Assembly: GCF_001186125.1 (NCBI RefSeq)
Contig: NW_014040504.1
Span: forward strand, 58,864-122,863
DNA length: 64,000 bases
Origin: Sphaeroforma arctica JP610
Lineage: Eukaryota
Reading direction: 5' to 3'
Shown here: positions 31,327 to 46,700 of the stretch, piece after piece
Position numbering within the stretch: position 1 is the first letter of the stretch
Layout: the number at the start of each line of letters is the position of its first letter
Position numbers and translations under genes: made by a program
Notes under the pieces: generated by a model
What the model was told of the DNA's origin: nothing
The model's database searches: none
Seen by the model: only the letters and a program-made list of their open reading frames with translations

Positions 31327-32893
31327 ATATATGATATAAATAAGCATATATATATATACATATATATATATATAGATAGGTATATATATATATGTATATA
31401 TGTATGTATGTAAGGATATATGTATATATATACATATGTAGATATATATATATATATATATATATAGATAGGTATATATATATATGTATATATGTATGTA
31501 TGTAAGGATATATGTATATATATACATATGTAGATATATATATATATATATATGTATATTTGTATATATATATACACATATATATATATATATATATATA
31601 TGTACATATTTCTAGTAATGTTCGTATATCATTATGTATGTTGATTAGTAGCACTTCTGGAAGTATCGCAATTCTTCAGAGTTCTTTACAGGAGATATAT
31701 ATTTATACATATAATTCAACATGATACAAGTCGTTATCATATGGCGAGTCGCAAATACTCGCACCTCCTGTATTTGTTCATACATATTTCATACGTACGT
31801 GTTTCGAATGTATACATACTTGTATATATATGTGTATTTAGTAAGCATAGTAAATTTGACTGATATATGGGGAGGGCTGCTTTTTTTGCCTTTGCTCATA
31901 TTCATATACGTTTTGTAAAGTAGTCTCCATATTTAGTATCTGTAGATGATTCTATTGTGCTCATCATTGTTGTTGCTCATTGAAATTGAATGATATTACT
32001 TTCTTCGTGTATTTATTGTTCATTTATTTATATTTTTTGGTAAGAAACACATTACATGTGTGATCAATCGTATCAGATTACACTTTCGCACTTTTGTATG
32101 GATTTTCACGTTTATAAGCATCTAAGCAATTAGATTTGTATGCTGCATGTCGATTGTATGTTGAAACGGATGTCTGATTCATATACGATATTACCTGTGA
32201 GAGAAATATTTTTTACGGTGCAAATGGCCTACGTACGTTAGAAGGCTTCTACTTTCATGCCTCGTGTCAATGTGCCATGTCAAACATAAATTTTGATATC
32301 CGGCGCAAACTATTCACACTTATCAATTGATAGAAGGTGTCTATACCGGGTATCTGTCGAATGAATATATCTGTATAGTACTTATCGGCCGTTCATTCGT
32401 GGATCGTGTTTTGTTTGTATATAATACTCGATTAATGCACCCCAGATGTATGTACGTTGACGCTGTTACTAAATGTATATTCCAAGCTTCTGGCACTAAA
32501 AGTAAATCTCTAAGACAATGCTCGACGCGCCATAGCTGTACTTATAAAAAGAGTACGTGGTAATTTTGTTATCCACCACGCGCTAAATCTACCGATTGAT
32601 TGTACTATCACTAGTATTATCTGGTGAATGGAAAGTGACCGTTGGATAAGTTATCACTTAAGATATTCTCGTAACTGCCCGTTTCCGTGTATCTCGGTGC
32701 TTGTTCACTTGTTATATTAGATGTTCTCTGATAAATGGCCGTTTCCTTTGTGCAGGAGGACTATTCCGATGACGACGATGAAGACGACTATGAGGATGAC
32801 GACGATGGTGATTTTGACGACGAAGATGACGAGGAGAATGATGGCGACTACGAACCCAAGAAGGATACCCCCGAAGAGTGCAAGCAACAATAA
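29703..32893 (+). CDS. NAP1: Nucleosome assembly protein (NAP1 family), 2 exons: 29703-30677 and 32756-32893
   Basis: NAP motifs [58 protein letters not shown] and [14 protein letters not shown] phase-0 intron (GTAAGT...TGCAG) joins an acidic tail ending PEECKQQ-stop, the CaaX-type terminus typical of NAP1. Confidence 0.96.
30720..31610. repeat. (TA)n/(CA)n low-complexity block in the NAP1 intron
   Basis: Directly visible, with internal duplicated segments. Confidence 0.95.
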
Positions 32894-34205
32894 GTAGTCA
32901 ACATGTATATATGTACGCAGATATTGTATAATTATATTTGTGATGTATATTTACATCTATGGGTGAATGAGGGGAGGACAACCCAACCCCGCTTCCCAAA
33001 ATGAGTTGTCAGAAACAGCGACGTTTACTTTTGGGGGATTTAGATTAGACGAGTGGAGCAATCCCTGAATTCTGCCGCCACAGTCTAATAATCGACGAGT
33101 TCTAATCAACAAATAAAAAAAAGTGTACATATTTCATGCTTGCAAATGCCTTGCATACATAAAGAGCGAGCTGACGAATCCATTGTCAGACGATGGGGGC
33201 ACAGTCTCTTGGTTGTTTTAAGAATCAAATTGTTCAGTTAAGATATAGGTTGTAATAAGGAAACATTGATTAAAAAGACAAGCCTAATTTCCATGAGAAT
33301 ATTACGGTGAAGGGTTGAGACGTAAATATTCATGATGAATTTACCACTCTCTCTCTAGTCTAGAGAGGCCAGGTGCCATGGGCTTCTTATTTAAAAAACA
33401 ACAACAAAAACAACCTTCCCATATGGACGGCATACACATTATACAAACCGTAATGTGCAGTTCTGTGACTATATTTTTTCGTAATTTATATAAATTCTAG
33501 ATGCGTCCTTCAGCATAGGTTATAAATGCCTTTATTTATAGACTACAGTCCAGTTTAAGGAAGTTGGCGCTGTCGCCAGCCAGCGCTATGAATTGATTTC
33601 GATATATGATGTATTCCGGATGATACGACATAGTGGTCTTGAGCCATACATGTGTCATGTGGTTGCACTACACGAGACGTCCGACGTGTAGAAAATACAC
33701 TATATATATATATATGAAATACACATATACATACATACATATACATACATACATACATACATATATATATATGCATGTATATATATATATATATATGCAT
33801 GTATATATAAATGGTGCAATACACATTTACGCGTCTATGTATAAAGGAGATGTGTGGCGGTTATGCCAAGTCTCTTAACATTCACTCAAGGAGATCTATG
33901 TGAGTGACATCATATGCCTTCGTCGACGCCAACGTATCGATTTACACCCACCCTGCTCAAGTTTCGAACTACGAAAATAGACTTCTCCAATAACCTCTGA
34001 CAGTTAAGAAATCATGGAAGCAGATGTGTATACACCCTTAGACAAACAAATATATATAGTTATCGACACCTAAGAACCTCATTCCGAACACTTCGCGCTA
34101 CAGACACCAGCATGCGCACCAGACCACCAATGGCCTACAAACCACCTTCATATCATCCAACCCTCCAGCAGATTACCTACAGACTAGAACCCTCGTTCAT
34201 GTCCT

Positions 34206-34740
34206 TCATTCCTCACACACCCTTAGGCGGAGGAAAGTCCTTGGGCCCAGGTACTTCATTAGGGATGGTGGGGGGTGTGGGTGGTTGCGGGTTAGACGGT
34301 GGCTGGGGTGGCTGTGGCGTGGGGGTGTTTGTGGTACTTGTGGGGGTGGCTGCGGTGGCTGGGGGGTGGGTCCTCCGGGAGGGGGGGTGGGTGTCTTAAA
34401 CGCGTTGGACTTCTGGATCGCATTCTCTGCCGCACCTTCCTTGGAAGCCTCGGCCATGGCTTGTCGGGCCATCTTGATTGTCTCGGCTAGGCGTGGGATG
34501 ACCTTTTTGGGTCCTGGTTGTATGGAAATTAGGGCCGGAATTAGGTTTTGGCACTGACTGGTTATATGTTTGGGTTTAACATTGTTCGTTTCTGCTGAAC
34601 GCAGGATGACCGCCTTCGACCCCGAATCAATACAGATATATATTTTGATGTGCCATTTTGGGATTGGCTGGGTATGTAATTGGCGATAATACTGGGGTAT
34701 AGACAGTGAACATAAGCATCTACACCATATCAGAGAAACC
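34206..34740 (-). other. Orphan open frame with proline-rich C-terminus; possible terminal exon or TE relic
   Basis: The frame of ORF 34206..34472 (…TPTPPPGGPTPQPPQPPPQVPQTPP…) stays open upstream to a TACAG acceptor-like site near 34740. No family recognised. Confidence 0.3.
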
Positions 34741-37700
34741 TGTATCTAAGCTGACGGAGTGCGAACGCATGATGTACACAGAAGTGCTGGACACAGAAGT
34801 CGGTCGAGGTACCAAGTCGTATAGACGTGACTGGGTATCAAACTAATTCGGACTTGCGCGTTGAAATCAGAGATATATACAATGATGATAATAATAAAAA
34901 TAATAACAAATATAATAATATATATATATATATATACACTAAATGTATAAATATATAAATATAAATATAGAAATATAATATAATAATGTATATTTAGGAC
35001 CGAAGTTTGCTATTTCAACATGGTGCATACACAGCCAATTTGAAGGTGCACATTCCCGTCAGATAATCGCCAGCTTTAGAACCGTATCAGGCTGAGGTAA
35101 AATGCGAACAATGGACGTATAAAAACCTCGTCAAGTATACGTATATATCACACCATTTGAGGACATGAACGTACATATATACCTACTCACCAGTACTTGA
35201 GAGAGCGCGATTAAAAACCGAGACTTCAAAATGGTTCAATATAGATAATTCAGGAGACTCGTGATCAATTGACATCGACTGTTGCGCGCATGAATAGTTA
35301 TAGGCGCTTAGCCTTGCTCATAGTTGCATATACAACAGACCTTAGAAACCAAAGCAAGGACATACATACATACACATACACGCACACATGCATTGAATCC
35401 TGTTATACACTAGGGTGAGAACTGTGGTTTAATATAGACCCGAGATACTCATTTTATTCTCTTGCGTCTATCTACGCACCCTATGCCTTCTACAGGTATA
35501 TATACGCCTCTTTGTGAATCTAATACACACTGTGGCATTCACCAGTCACACGTACATAGTAAGGCAAACACACACGAAATAACGATTGATATAGCATATG
35601 TGCACCTGTAGACGGATCATATGGTCGGATGACGAGACCTTCCAACACACACAACAACTACAGACACTACGTCGGACATGGTTAATGTACAATTGCATGT
35701 ATATGTGTATACGGGTATATATATATATAATATACCGAGCACACTACTACCACGGATCAGTATCTAAACTCAATCAGATAGACGATGAATACGTACAAAC
35801 AGCGGAGGTAAACAAAGTATGCCTAATACCGAGCACATAATACCGATTCTAAACGAGTGATTCGCTAATTAAGAAACTTATTCGACTGCAATCAAGAACG
35901 GTGTCACGCCATTATAAGACGGAGGTGACAGGACACTAGTGCATACACACCTATCCATTAGAGGTGCTCAACAGCTATGTGAAGGAGTGCATGCGAAGGA
36001 AGATATGTATGGTATGTGCAAGTGCGAGCATATGTACAACATTTTGGACCCTACAACAGCTTACGTATGCCCATTCTCTGTTAATATATGTGAACGTCAC
36101 GTGTACAACACCTGGGTATGTATCTCCAACCCCGCAACAGTTTTACGTACAACAATTCGCCCCAATCTTTAAGGACCATCCAGTCGTTCCGTATGCCGCC
36201 AAGTCGAGAGCAAGCAACATATGTATACACACTGCTTTGACAATATCGAGTACAGTAATTCGTTTCAATCACGGTGTACGCTTCTGATGATCCGAGTACA
36301 TCTGTAACAAGTATAAGGATGGTACATGTCCACACCACTTTCACATAATTTGAATGTAGCTAAAGTAACGGAGTGGCGATTGACTTACCGATTAGCACCG
36401 TAGCGCCAACGCAACCAATGATAACGATCTCTCCGAAACCAAGAGGCATACTTGGATTTTTCGCGAATGTGCGTATGTGCGTATGTATGTATGTGTATAT
36501 ATAATACAGATACAAAGTCTGTAGCTCTGCTTACACAAACGTACAGGTTCGTTTACTATTTAGTAATATACGTCCTGATAACATGAAGATCACAACTGCA
36601 AAAAAACCACATTTGGTTATGTCGTTATTTATGGTAGTGTAGCGTACACGTTGAACGTAAACGTATTTAGGTTCAATATCTTTTAAAACGTTATACCGTA
36701 TATGTGGGGAAGCAATGGGCCGACCTACTAGACCAGTTGGACTATGTGAGCCAAAACCTATCACTTATTGCACCTAAGAGCCCAAATAATGCACCCAAAT
36801 AAATAGTAACAGACTAAACTAAAGCATGGCCATCTTGATGGCCCTACATACTATTTATATTATTATTTCTCTCTACTAGAGAGAGAGAAGGGGGGGGTCT
36901 TGACATGCTAAACGTAAACCTGAAAAGTGTACTGATTTTTTACGTTCTAACGCAAAACGTAATGAAGGTTTTTAATAAAATCGGAAAACGCTAGTGTGTT
37001 CACTGGTCACGGTCTCGCGGGCCACAGATCACCCGTCACTGTGGCTTGATTGCTTTTTTTACAAAACAAAACAGTTGAAATAGAAAGGGAAATGTTGTTC
37101 CATTTTCTGCTATGGAAATGTTCGGTACAATTCATTTTGGGAGTACTCGAGATATATACCAGTTATTTCAGAGCTTAAATATGTACTATTCCTCGATATT
37201 AAACAGATACATACGTTCACTCTCCTTTATTTCATTTCAATTTCAGACTCTCTGCAGTGTTCTGTGGTCTTCGACTGACTCTCTCACTTTCTTTCATCCG
37301 GTGTAGGCCACCAGGCCCACGCTCGGGGCATTCATTATAAGCATTCGGTTTCATGTACCAATCGGACACACGCAGATAGATACCTGCAGCGTGCGTCGTA
37401 CATCCATACGACTATACATAATACATATATACATACATACACACACGCATTTGTATATAAACGAGTGTGTATATATATCCACTTTAACAGCACATCACTA
37501 CCACTCGCCGCGTGTATATATATCCACTTTAACAGCACATCACTACCACTCGCCGCGTGTGCTAGAATTCTGGCCAGGGGTAGCGTAACAAGCTCATGTG
37601 GTTTGTATGTTTGTATGTTTGTATGTGTGGGTGCCCCTGGCACATTTGGGTATATGGTCCTGTTCAATGTTTCTCTACTTGGTATGACTAGTTCAGTGAT

Positions 37701-37782
37701 CAGTTTACAACCAATACAACCAATTCATAGTCCAATCATATCTAATTCGATGACTAGTTTCAGCTGGATCAGTGTTCACTCA

Positions 37783-40700
37783 TCAATCCTCTTTCACCGT
37801 TTTTTTCGCGGTCTGTTTATCCGATTGTTCATCCGTTTCCCGTTGCCCTTTCCCTTTGGTCTCAAGGCTTTGGTCGGCTTCCCTTCGTTTTATTTTTATC
37901 TTTTGTCCGTCAACTGTTTAAGGTTGTTTCGAAGTCGTAGCAAGTGCCAGAATACGGAGGATACAGCAGAGAATTAGGCATGTATACCATTTTTTTTTGA
38001 ATGCATGAGATGAAATTTAAGAAACTGAGACCTGAAAGGGAGTTCGAAAACTGAACCTCAAGCATTTGTAAATGGGGATTCAAAATGTTAAATACATTAT
38101 ATATAATACCATGACTTAAGTATCACGAGAGCACCTGACAGAAAACCTTTGGTGAAACATACCATTGACCCCTACTACCTACAAGTCTCATGTCGGGAGA
38201 GATAAAAATGCACAGTAAATCGAACATAGACTCCCTACTACCTTCAAGAGAGATAAGCAGCAGGCAGAAGATGAGGTGATACTCTGTCAACAGCAAGTAA
38301 CTCGAACTCACTCACGTATGCGCGCCGCAGGCGTACTGAGCAGAACCGCATACACAAAGTCATGAAAGATACATACACGCTCCATGCTTTACGTACGACA
38401 AGTGATACGAGTAATATTTTAACTGCAAACTATACGATATATCCCACACACATCACACATATGCAATACGTTTTCCGGGTTGAACAGTTCCTCACATACC
38501 GTCCACGTAGACATCGGGCTCGTTGTTGTTGTCGTCAAACAGGCCGTCGTCCGTATCTTTCGTTGCCTTTGCGTCAGGATCGTCTACCAATTGGACACCC
38601 TTAAAATAGAACAGCTCATTGTACGCCGTGCCGTCGACTGAGGGGACAGTGTGTGTAAGAGTATCAGTGTGTGTATGTACCGAAATGCCTGGATATATAC
38701 ATATATATGGAACTATGCATATGCATACGCGTATGGGTTTAAAGTTTATGTGACTGACCAATTGGGCACCAATGCAGTGGGACAACTCAGCACACGTGGT
38801 ACCATCGACTGAGGGGACAGCGTATATATTATATATGCGTATCAGCACGTATGTGTACCGAAATGCATAGGCATGCACGTACACTGTTTCTATGTATAGC
38901 TATTTATATCACATAGCACACTTACCAACACATGTACGCTCCTCATCGTTATTGCTGTAGCCGTCCACACAGCCTCCCACTTCACAATAGGTATCGCGAG
39001 GGCCTGTACATTCCCATGTGCTTGTATTCGCGCAATGTTCCGGTCTTGGACAGTCCAGACAGGCAGAATCTTCATAATCCGTGCACTCCTGAAGATACTC
39101 CTGCGTGCCGCACGCCGACACAGAGCAGGCGACACACAGGCTGTGATGTAGGTAGAGTGTATGGGGTGAGCTACAGAAGTCTGTCCAAGAATATATATAT
39201 GTATATGTACAAGTATAAGTATGAGAATAAGAAAATATGAATAAGTATACATATACATCTGAGAGATTTCTATCTAGAGAGAATAAGCATTCTAATAATA
39301 GCACATATATTTCTGGAAGTGTTCTAAAGTAGCAAAGAATAGTGCGGGTCACGTTCATATGCCGAAGCGTGCGTATAGCTCTAGTAGAGTGTCTATCCCT
39401 CTTCTTATTACGTCTACCACTTAAGTACGCCCAAAATGTTCGCGTTCGAGCACAGCATTTTGGGATTTCCCCCTACATTTGGGCCTGTACGCATTTGTTT
39501 TGGACCACTTCACATACTTTTGGGTCTGGTTGAGATAGTAGTCGTCATTGCAGAACAGACATTCGGTTTCCGCACCGTTCACACAGTAGGGCGTTGCGCA
39601 GTTGGTGTCGAAGATGGTACAGTCCGAGCACACACCCTGTGCCGCACCCGTACAGGGACAGGACAACCACGTACCCACGGGACAATCACACGCCTGTATG
39701 CAGTTGATACTGTGGGGAACATGCGGGAAAAAATAGTGGATGTGGATACACCGATGGTGGTTGCAGCTAGTACTGTGGGCGAGTTGAGCATAGCTGCTGT
39801 GAGTGACGGTTGAGAAGTTGTACACTCCAATTGAGATTGCGGATACGGCAGGTGGCTACCCCAAGGGAAAGCCATACGCATGCACGCTACTCAGGTGGGG
39901 CATTCTGCTAGCTCGTGCGTCTGTATATTGATACTGTGCCTCTCTGCCGAGTCTGGCATAATCTCTTCGCCGAATACAAACAAAAGCTGAAATAAGAACA
40001 TACCAGATAGTATCGAGGAATTGAGTGCAGTTTTGGGCACGGTACTGAAGTGAGTAGTCGCATTCGGTGCAGGTTTCGCAACGGCGATCGTTGATCGCCG
40101 TTGGTCGGACACTCTCGTACTCGCCATCCTCGCATTCAGTCCACCCTGCAATTTTGAAGAAGTAGGATGTATCAACACACACACATATATAAATATATGT
40201 ATACGTGTGTATGGTAGTGGAAGAGCTAAGTAGTAATCTCGCCCATTCAAGCGAAGTTATGGCAGTGCAAGACTTGTCAGCGTATCCGCCACTGTTCAAC
40301 TTTGAAATCAGTGAAAGTACACAACTAGCCAACACAACATGCATATATATATACAACCAGATGGCTTCTTTAACACCTGGTTCGATGTCAAAAATAGGTC
40401 AGTTATAGTGTGCGCATAGAACTTCCTGCACATGTGCTCACACCATACACCATTCACACAATATATATATATATATGTCAGCGTATTCACACAGGTGGCA
40501 TAGAGTACTACAGGAACCTCCAGAACTCGCCCATACACACACACCTACAAATTTTTCATAGTTCCATAGACCCCACGCCAAAATGCATTAAACCCAAATC
40601 CCGAAACGGCGAGTGACACTTACGTCTACAATAGGACGAATTCTTGGGTTCGGGGCGGGGTCCACAAGTTTTGGTCCATTTATCGTCTTTTTGTAGCTCG

Positions 40701-43700
40701 AAAATGGCTCGGTTGTTGTAGTCGGCCCAGAATTGGCCGGTGGCGTTGAAATTCCAGTATCCCACATTATAGCCACTCATGCGGTCTCTCTTGCTGGCGG
40801 GTTCATTCACGCCTGGATGGATTGGTAGGCATCAAGCGCATGGGAAGTCACTTAAAACACCTAGAGGGGTACATAGCTAGAGACGTATAACACCTAGAGG
40901 CGTATGGTAGTAGAGCAACGGCTCGGTACGGAAGTGATGTGAGGGATGGACGCTAGAAAGAACACCAGAGCTCACCCACATCCCCACGAAACAGTACACC
41001 TATCGAAACTTGTACCTAAAGCACCACACAAGGTGTTTACTACATCGGGAACAAGAGTCCCCACTTACCGTATTCTGGACAGGTGTGGAAAGGATCGGTT
41101 CGTCTGAGACCGTACAACTCGGCCGAATACAGATCCGAACTGGCGGGATCCAAAAAGGACAGCGCTACATTCGACAGCACCGGCTGACTGACTGCCAGGT
41201 GACCCCTGGATGCCTTGCGTAGTGTGGTCTATATAATATAGGAGAGATATAAATATATTTGGGATTGCTTCGATGAATAACAGAAACGAGAAGGGTAGAA
41301 ATCGACGCAAATTGGAATAACACTAGGTATTTAGGACCGAATTGGCCTGAAATCGGGGCAGGGCTGTGTATGAACTACATACATGTCCACACCCACCCAC
41401 ACAAGATTCAGGACCCGATTGTCCAGAAATTGGGTCTGCGCGTCTCAGTGCATTGCTGATCGGGAGTGGCTGTGTAAGACTCACCTATCTGTGCACACCC
41501 ACACCACTCTCGTACCTCTACACCCACCCACTCCATGGTTCGGTCCCACTTACCTCAGGCCAGCAGGAGTACGAATCATTGAACCCACAGTCCAGTAGTG
41601 GCAGTGGCGGGTTGTTCCAGTAACCATACTCACATTGCCCAGACAAGCACTGTGAATCACTGGGGCAGGTGCACACAGTGTTGGTCGACCCGTCTGTCGC
41701 CGCGTCGGTACAGTTGCGGGCCGTGGGACAAGCTGTTTCCATTGGACAGGGAGAAAACAAACAAACAAACAAAAAAGAGTAGTTAAGGTATCGGGATGAG
41801 TTGGGATCAGTGAGGCTGTTCACAGGGACAGGCGCGTGACCTGATGTGTTCATGTATCCATCGACAGCTAGGGTTTTAGGGTCCTAGGGATGTTGTGCGG
41901 ATAATAGGACAAGGAAAAACCTAGGCGATTTCGGTACTGTATCATGATGGTAAGCAGACACTCAACTAAACGAGATCACTATTATATACACCGAACTGTT
42001 ATCAAACATTGTATGCACTGAAGTATTGTCCGATTACGACTTATATATATATCTAGCACGCATGCATGTACAGCTGTGCCAAAAAAATATACATTTTGCA
42101 ACATATATATATATATATATATGTATAAATACATACAAAAACGCATATTCAATGCAAGTATCTATGTATAACATACCGACACACTGGTCTGGATAGTAGC
42201 CTATGCTCGCATTGTTGAAGTAACCCTGCTGACACTCGGTACAACGAGCAGCATATGGGCCCCAATCACAGGTGGTGTTCCCGGACAAGCAGTTATCGAT
42301 CTTCACGCAGTCTGCGGACAATTAAGGAGGGATCGAAATAAATCATTAGAACCCTAAAACCCAAAATAAATCAGGACAGGGTGATAGAGTGATGATACTA
42401 AGAAAGAGGAATGAAATAGATGAGTATATGGCACTGGGCAATCGGAGACAAACCGTTATAAACGAGGACATAACGGGACACATCAAAAATAAATAAACAA
42501 AACCAACACGAGGTGTGTTTGTAGCGTAAAAGGCTTGCGGTTACGTACCAGGCTACGGTACAGAGCATATACACTAATACACGTCTTTCATAACGGGTAT
42601 TCACTCGGTACAAATACCTCAAAGCCTACTGTGGACAGGCATAACACGCACTTACTCAGCTGGATGGGGTGTGGCACTGTATCGTAACCTGCCGTCACAC
42701 AGTCGGAATAGGTAGATATAATCTGGGCGCCTGTAAGAGCTAGGTCCTCGTCGGCCGGTTCTGCCACGGCCCGCTGAAGAATGGTATTGACGGACGTCGC
42801 AGGCACAAACATGTCCACGAGAATGTTGCCGGACGTCTTGTTCTGGCGAATACCCAGCACGTAGGTGGAGAAGGGATACCTGTGATGAGTGTACAGAGAA
42901 GATGTGTGTATGTGTGTGGGGTGGTTAAGCTATAGGCTGCGTGTAGGGAAGTGCCTGGGCGGGGTAAGCACATGAGAGGAAAAGGGTCATATGAGCACTA
43001 GGCTGGTTGTTATAGGTGGGTGCGTATGCGGAGAAGGGCTATCTGTGAGGCACATGTAAGAGAGGCAGGGTAGTGGATAAGAAAAACGACATATTTGTGC
43101 TCCTGGTGTATTGCTGATACAAGGCTATTGTTAGTCAATTCGTGTTACTGGTGTATTGCTGGCACAAGGCTATTGTTAGTCAATTGGTGCTACTAGTGTA
43201 TTGCTGGTACGAGGTTATTGTCAGTCAATTCGTGTTACTGGTGTATTGCTGGCATAATGCTATTGTTCGCCAATTCGTTCTACTGGTATAAGGTTATCGT
43301 TAGTCGTGTGTATGTGTGCAGCGGTAGGAAAGTTAAAGGCTGCGGTTGGTCTCTCATATGTATGTATGTATGTATGTGTGTGTGGTGGGGGGGTGTACCC
43401 ACAGTAGGTATTTTTTGTATGCTTGTGAATTGCAGGGGGAGATACATTGATAGAGAGAACGTTGCCAGTACTCTGCCAGTGGTCAGTGATTTCAATTCTC
43501 GAGCAGATTAAACGGTTCGAAGGAAGCTTTCAAACATCCAGAGGATAGACAAGTGTGCTCTAAAACCCTAACCCTAAACCATCACAGGCTGGGTGCAGGC
43601 AATGGGGCATTGAGGAGTCTACCTACCGGTCCAGATTTCCTGTCTGCAGTCCGAATGTTAAGGCGAATAGGTCATCGAACTCCTGGATGACTTCTGCCGT

Positions 43701-46700
43701 GACATTGCCCCAGTCGTATGGGATTTGGACCGAGAGACTGGCCAAGAAACACGCCGAAGTGTCCTCGGGATAACAACTGCGGCCCGTAGCTGGCGTAAAT
43801 AAGTGCAGATTAAAAGTCAGATATTGACGGGAGACAAAGAATATTCGGTATACACATTCAAAACCCGGGTAATTATTGATACCTACTTCCCGCAGATCAG
43901 GCACAGATCATATACAGCATACTATATTAGACTGAATCGACGATCTGTATACTTACTTCCTGCATTGTTGGACAGGCAATGTAGCATTATGTATAACATG
44001 CACAGATCACATGCATCATACTATACTAGACAGAATCGACAATCTGTATACTTACTTCCCGCATTGTTGGACAGGCAGTCGCCCACATAGTTGTAGAAGG
44101 GCTTCTCACACGCGCCCGACAAACAGGTACCAGTGAACGTAGGTTTGAACTCTTGACCCAACACTGGCGTGTTGGTCAGCGTACAACGCGAGGACTCTCT
44201 GTTCTTGCACCCGTACGAGGTGGGGCAGGCTGGGTGAGGGGGTAGATAGCAAGGCATGTGTGAGGGGGTATTTAGAAAGGAGTGAGAGACTGAAACCCAA
44301 AAAGGCCAACCCACACTGCCGCTCGATTAAACAGAGAGCGCACATGCCGCCCCTATAGCAACGATGCTGAACAGGATGTATTTAACATCAGAAACTAACA
44401 TATATAAATATATATATAGCATGGACAACGTACACAACACACTACAACAAACAGCAAGGCTTACGTACGTTCACATGTGACCGTCACTTCCTGGATAGGC
44501 GACGTGTTGACATAGAACTGTGAGAGCAGCGTGGTGTTAGGCGATGGCTCGCCGGAGTAGCTGTCGCGGCACTCTCCGTCCACACAGCGGCTCTCTTCGA
44601 GTAGTTCGCTTTCAAACTGCGGGCAGCGCGAGAAGCCTTCGTTGCACTTGAACGCCTCGGGACAGGGCACACACTGGTCCGAGACACGGTACTGCGTGGG
44701 GTGTATGGGTGTGAATGGAAGGGTATATTTGGGTATGGGTGTACGAGAAAATGCTCTCAAAGAGCGCCGCAACGGTCGTCCAATATATATATATATATGT
44801 TTCACTGTTAAAGTTTCGCGGGGATTTTTCTGCCAAATCCCTACAACTCCACCTCCTCAAAATACGCCTCCCACCATATACATATACATATTCATACTCG
44901 TACCTTTCCAGGGATCTGATAGTACCCCACCTCACAGGCAGCGCATTGGGACACCTGGTTGTTGCCCTCACAAGACACACGCACGGCACAGTTCGGTATT
45001 TCCACACAGTCCAGACACAGCGGCCGCTGGTACGCGCCATAGGGACGCTCATCATCCAGATCATCTACAGCCAAATACGTACCACCGATCACAAGACATG
45101 TGATACCCACGCGACGGAGAGCGACGTCGTTCTGTGTGAGTAGGGGGTGGTGTTGGGTAGTATTGTGGTATTGAGTGAGTATGGTAGATAGTGGATGGTA
45201 GGCGGTGTGAGGTATACGTACGTATCAAGCAGATGGATATGGAATTGCTCACGAGAAATTATGTGTGGCGTGATATATAGTTAGGTAGAAAAAGAGATAT
45301 TCACATCAGCGGCTAAAACTAGCCAAATACATTTTGAGTGGTGGATGCATAAACATAAACACAACGCAGTTCACTCAGCCCCACTAGTCCCAAACACACA
45401 GTCAGGCTCTTGATTGTTCGTAAATGTTATTACGTATTTACACTACGTGGACGTGAGGTAGACACATGCACACTATCTCTACTACCTGCAGAAACAGAGT
45501 CTGCACTGCCTGAATGTCAGACGTAGGGAGCTCCAGGCCGATGTCAATGAGATTGTTACGGTATTCGTTCGGGTAGATTCGTCGGTAGAAGATTCTGTAC
45601 TGAAACTGGGTACGCACACCACTGTATATAGCAGGATTAGCAGAAGGATAGCAGGTGAGGCATGTTAGTACTACGGCGCATGAACGAACGGGGTAAGATG
45701 TCAGGTATGGGAATAAGCTGTGTTGCAACGGATGAACGGATCCCGTGTGTTGTGTACGAGGGCGTTAAGATGGCAGTGGGGTAAGCATGATCTGCCAGTA
45801 GCACCTTTAAATGACATTTAAAGTGTGTTGTTTATGTAATTGCATTGTGTTTGTTCAGAGTCCTCTGATACAGGCAATCTGGTTTAAGATATACATACAC
45901 ACCCTACTATCAATAGTACATACAGATGCAATATACATACATACACAAACACCTTAAACTACCGAAAGTGCATGTACACACACATGTTGAACTATCAATA
46001 GACCGGCACGTGTACACACACGGTTGACCTCCAATCACTTACGCATCGGGATCTGGCACTAAGACTTGAGCTAGAGAATCGAGCCAATCTATCTGGGCCT
46101 GGACATCCAGTAGGAAACTCTCACCCAAATCCGTCTCAAAAGTTACAATTAATGGACTGCACGTGGAATTTGCGGCCAGATCGGACCCAGAATCGATGGC
46201 TGGGGGTGCTGGGTTGGTGAAATTCAGCAAATTGTACCTGGCAGAGAAGAAAAAATATGAGAAACAGAAATAGAAGTGAGTGAGAGAACTAAGTGGCTTC
46301 CGAAATGGTTGCCTCAGGAGCAGGTTGGAGGAGGTGTGTCTCCGTTTGCAAACGGATGCGTATGTGTTGCGTACATGTATGTAAGAGACATATCTGAGAG
46401 CGGACACGCACGCACGCACGCACGCACTTGTACGGACACATACCCGTCTCATTATATGCACCGTGTCAAGATATACACAAATACATAAGCACACACACAC
46501 ACACACACACGATGTTCGACATAGCTGCACTTGATAGTTTAAATGAGATAGAGATACACAGACTGTGTACAAAATACACACACACACACACAGAGAGAGA
46601 GAACAACGAGATAGAGTTAAGGATAGAAGGGTGGCACAAAGATACACCTCTCACAGCCCATGCCATAGACAGCGTATGCTTACCAATAGGGCAGACACTG

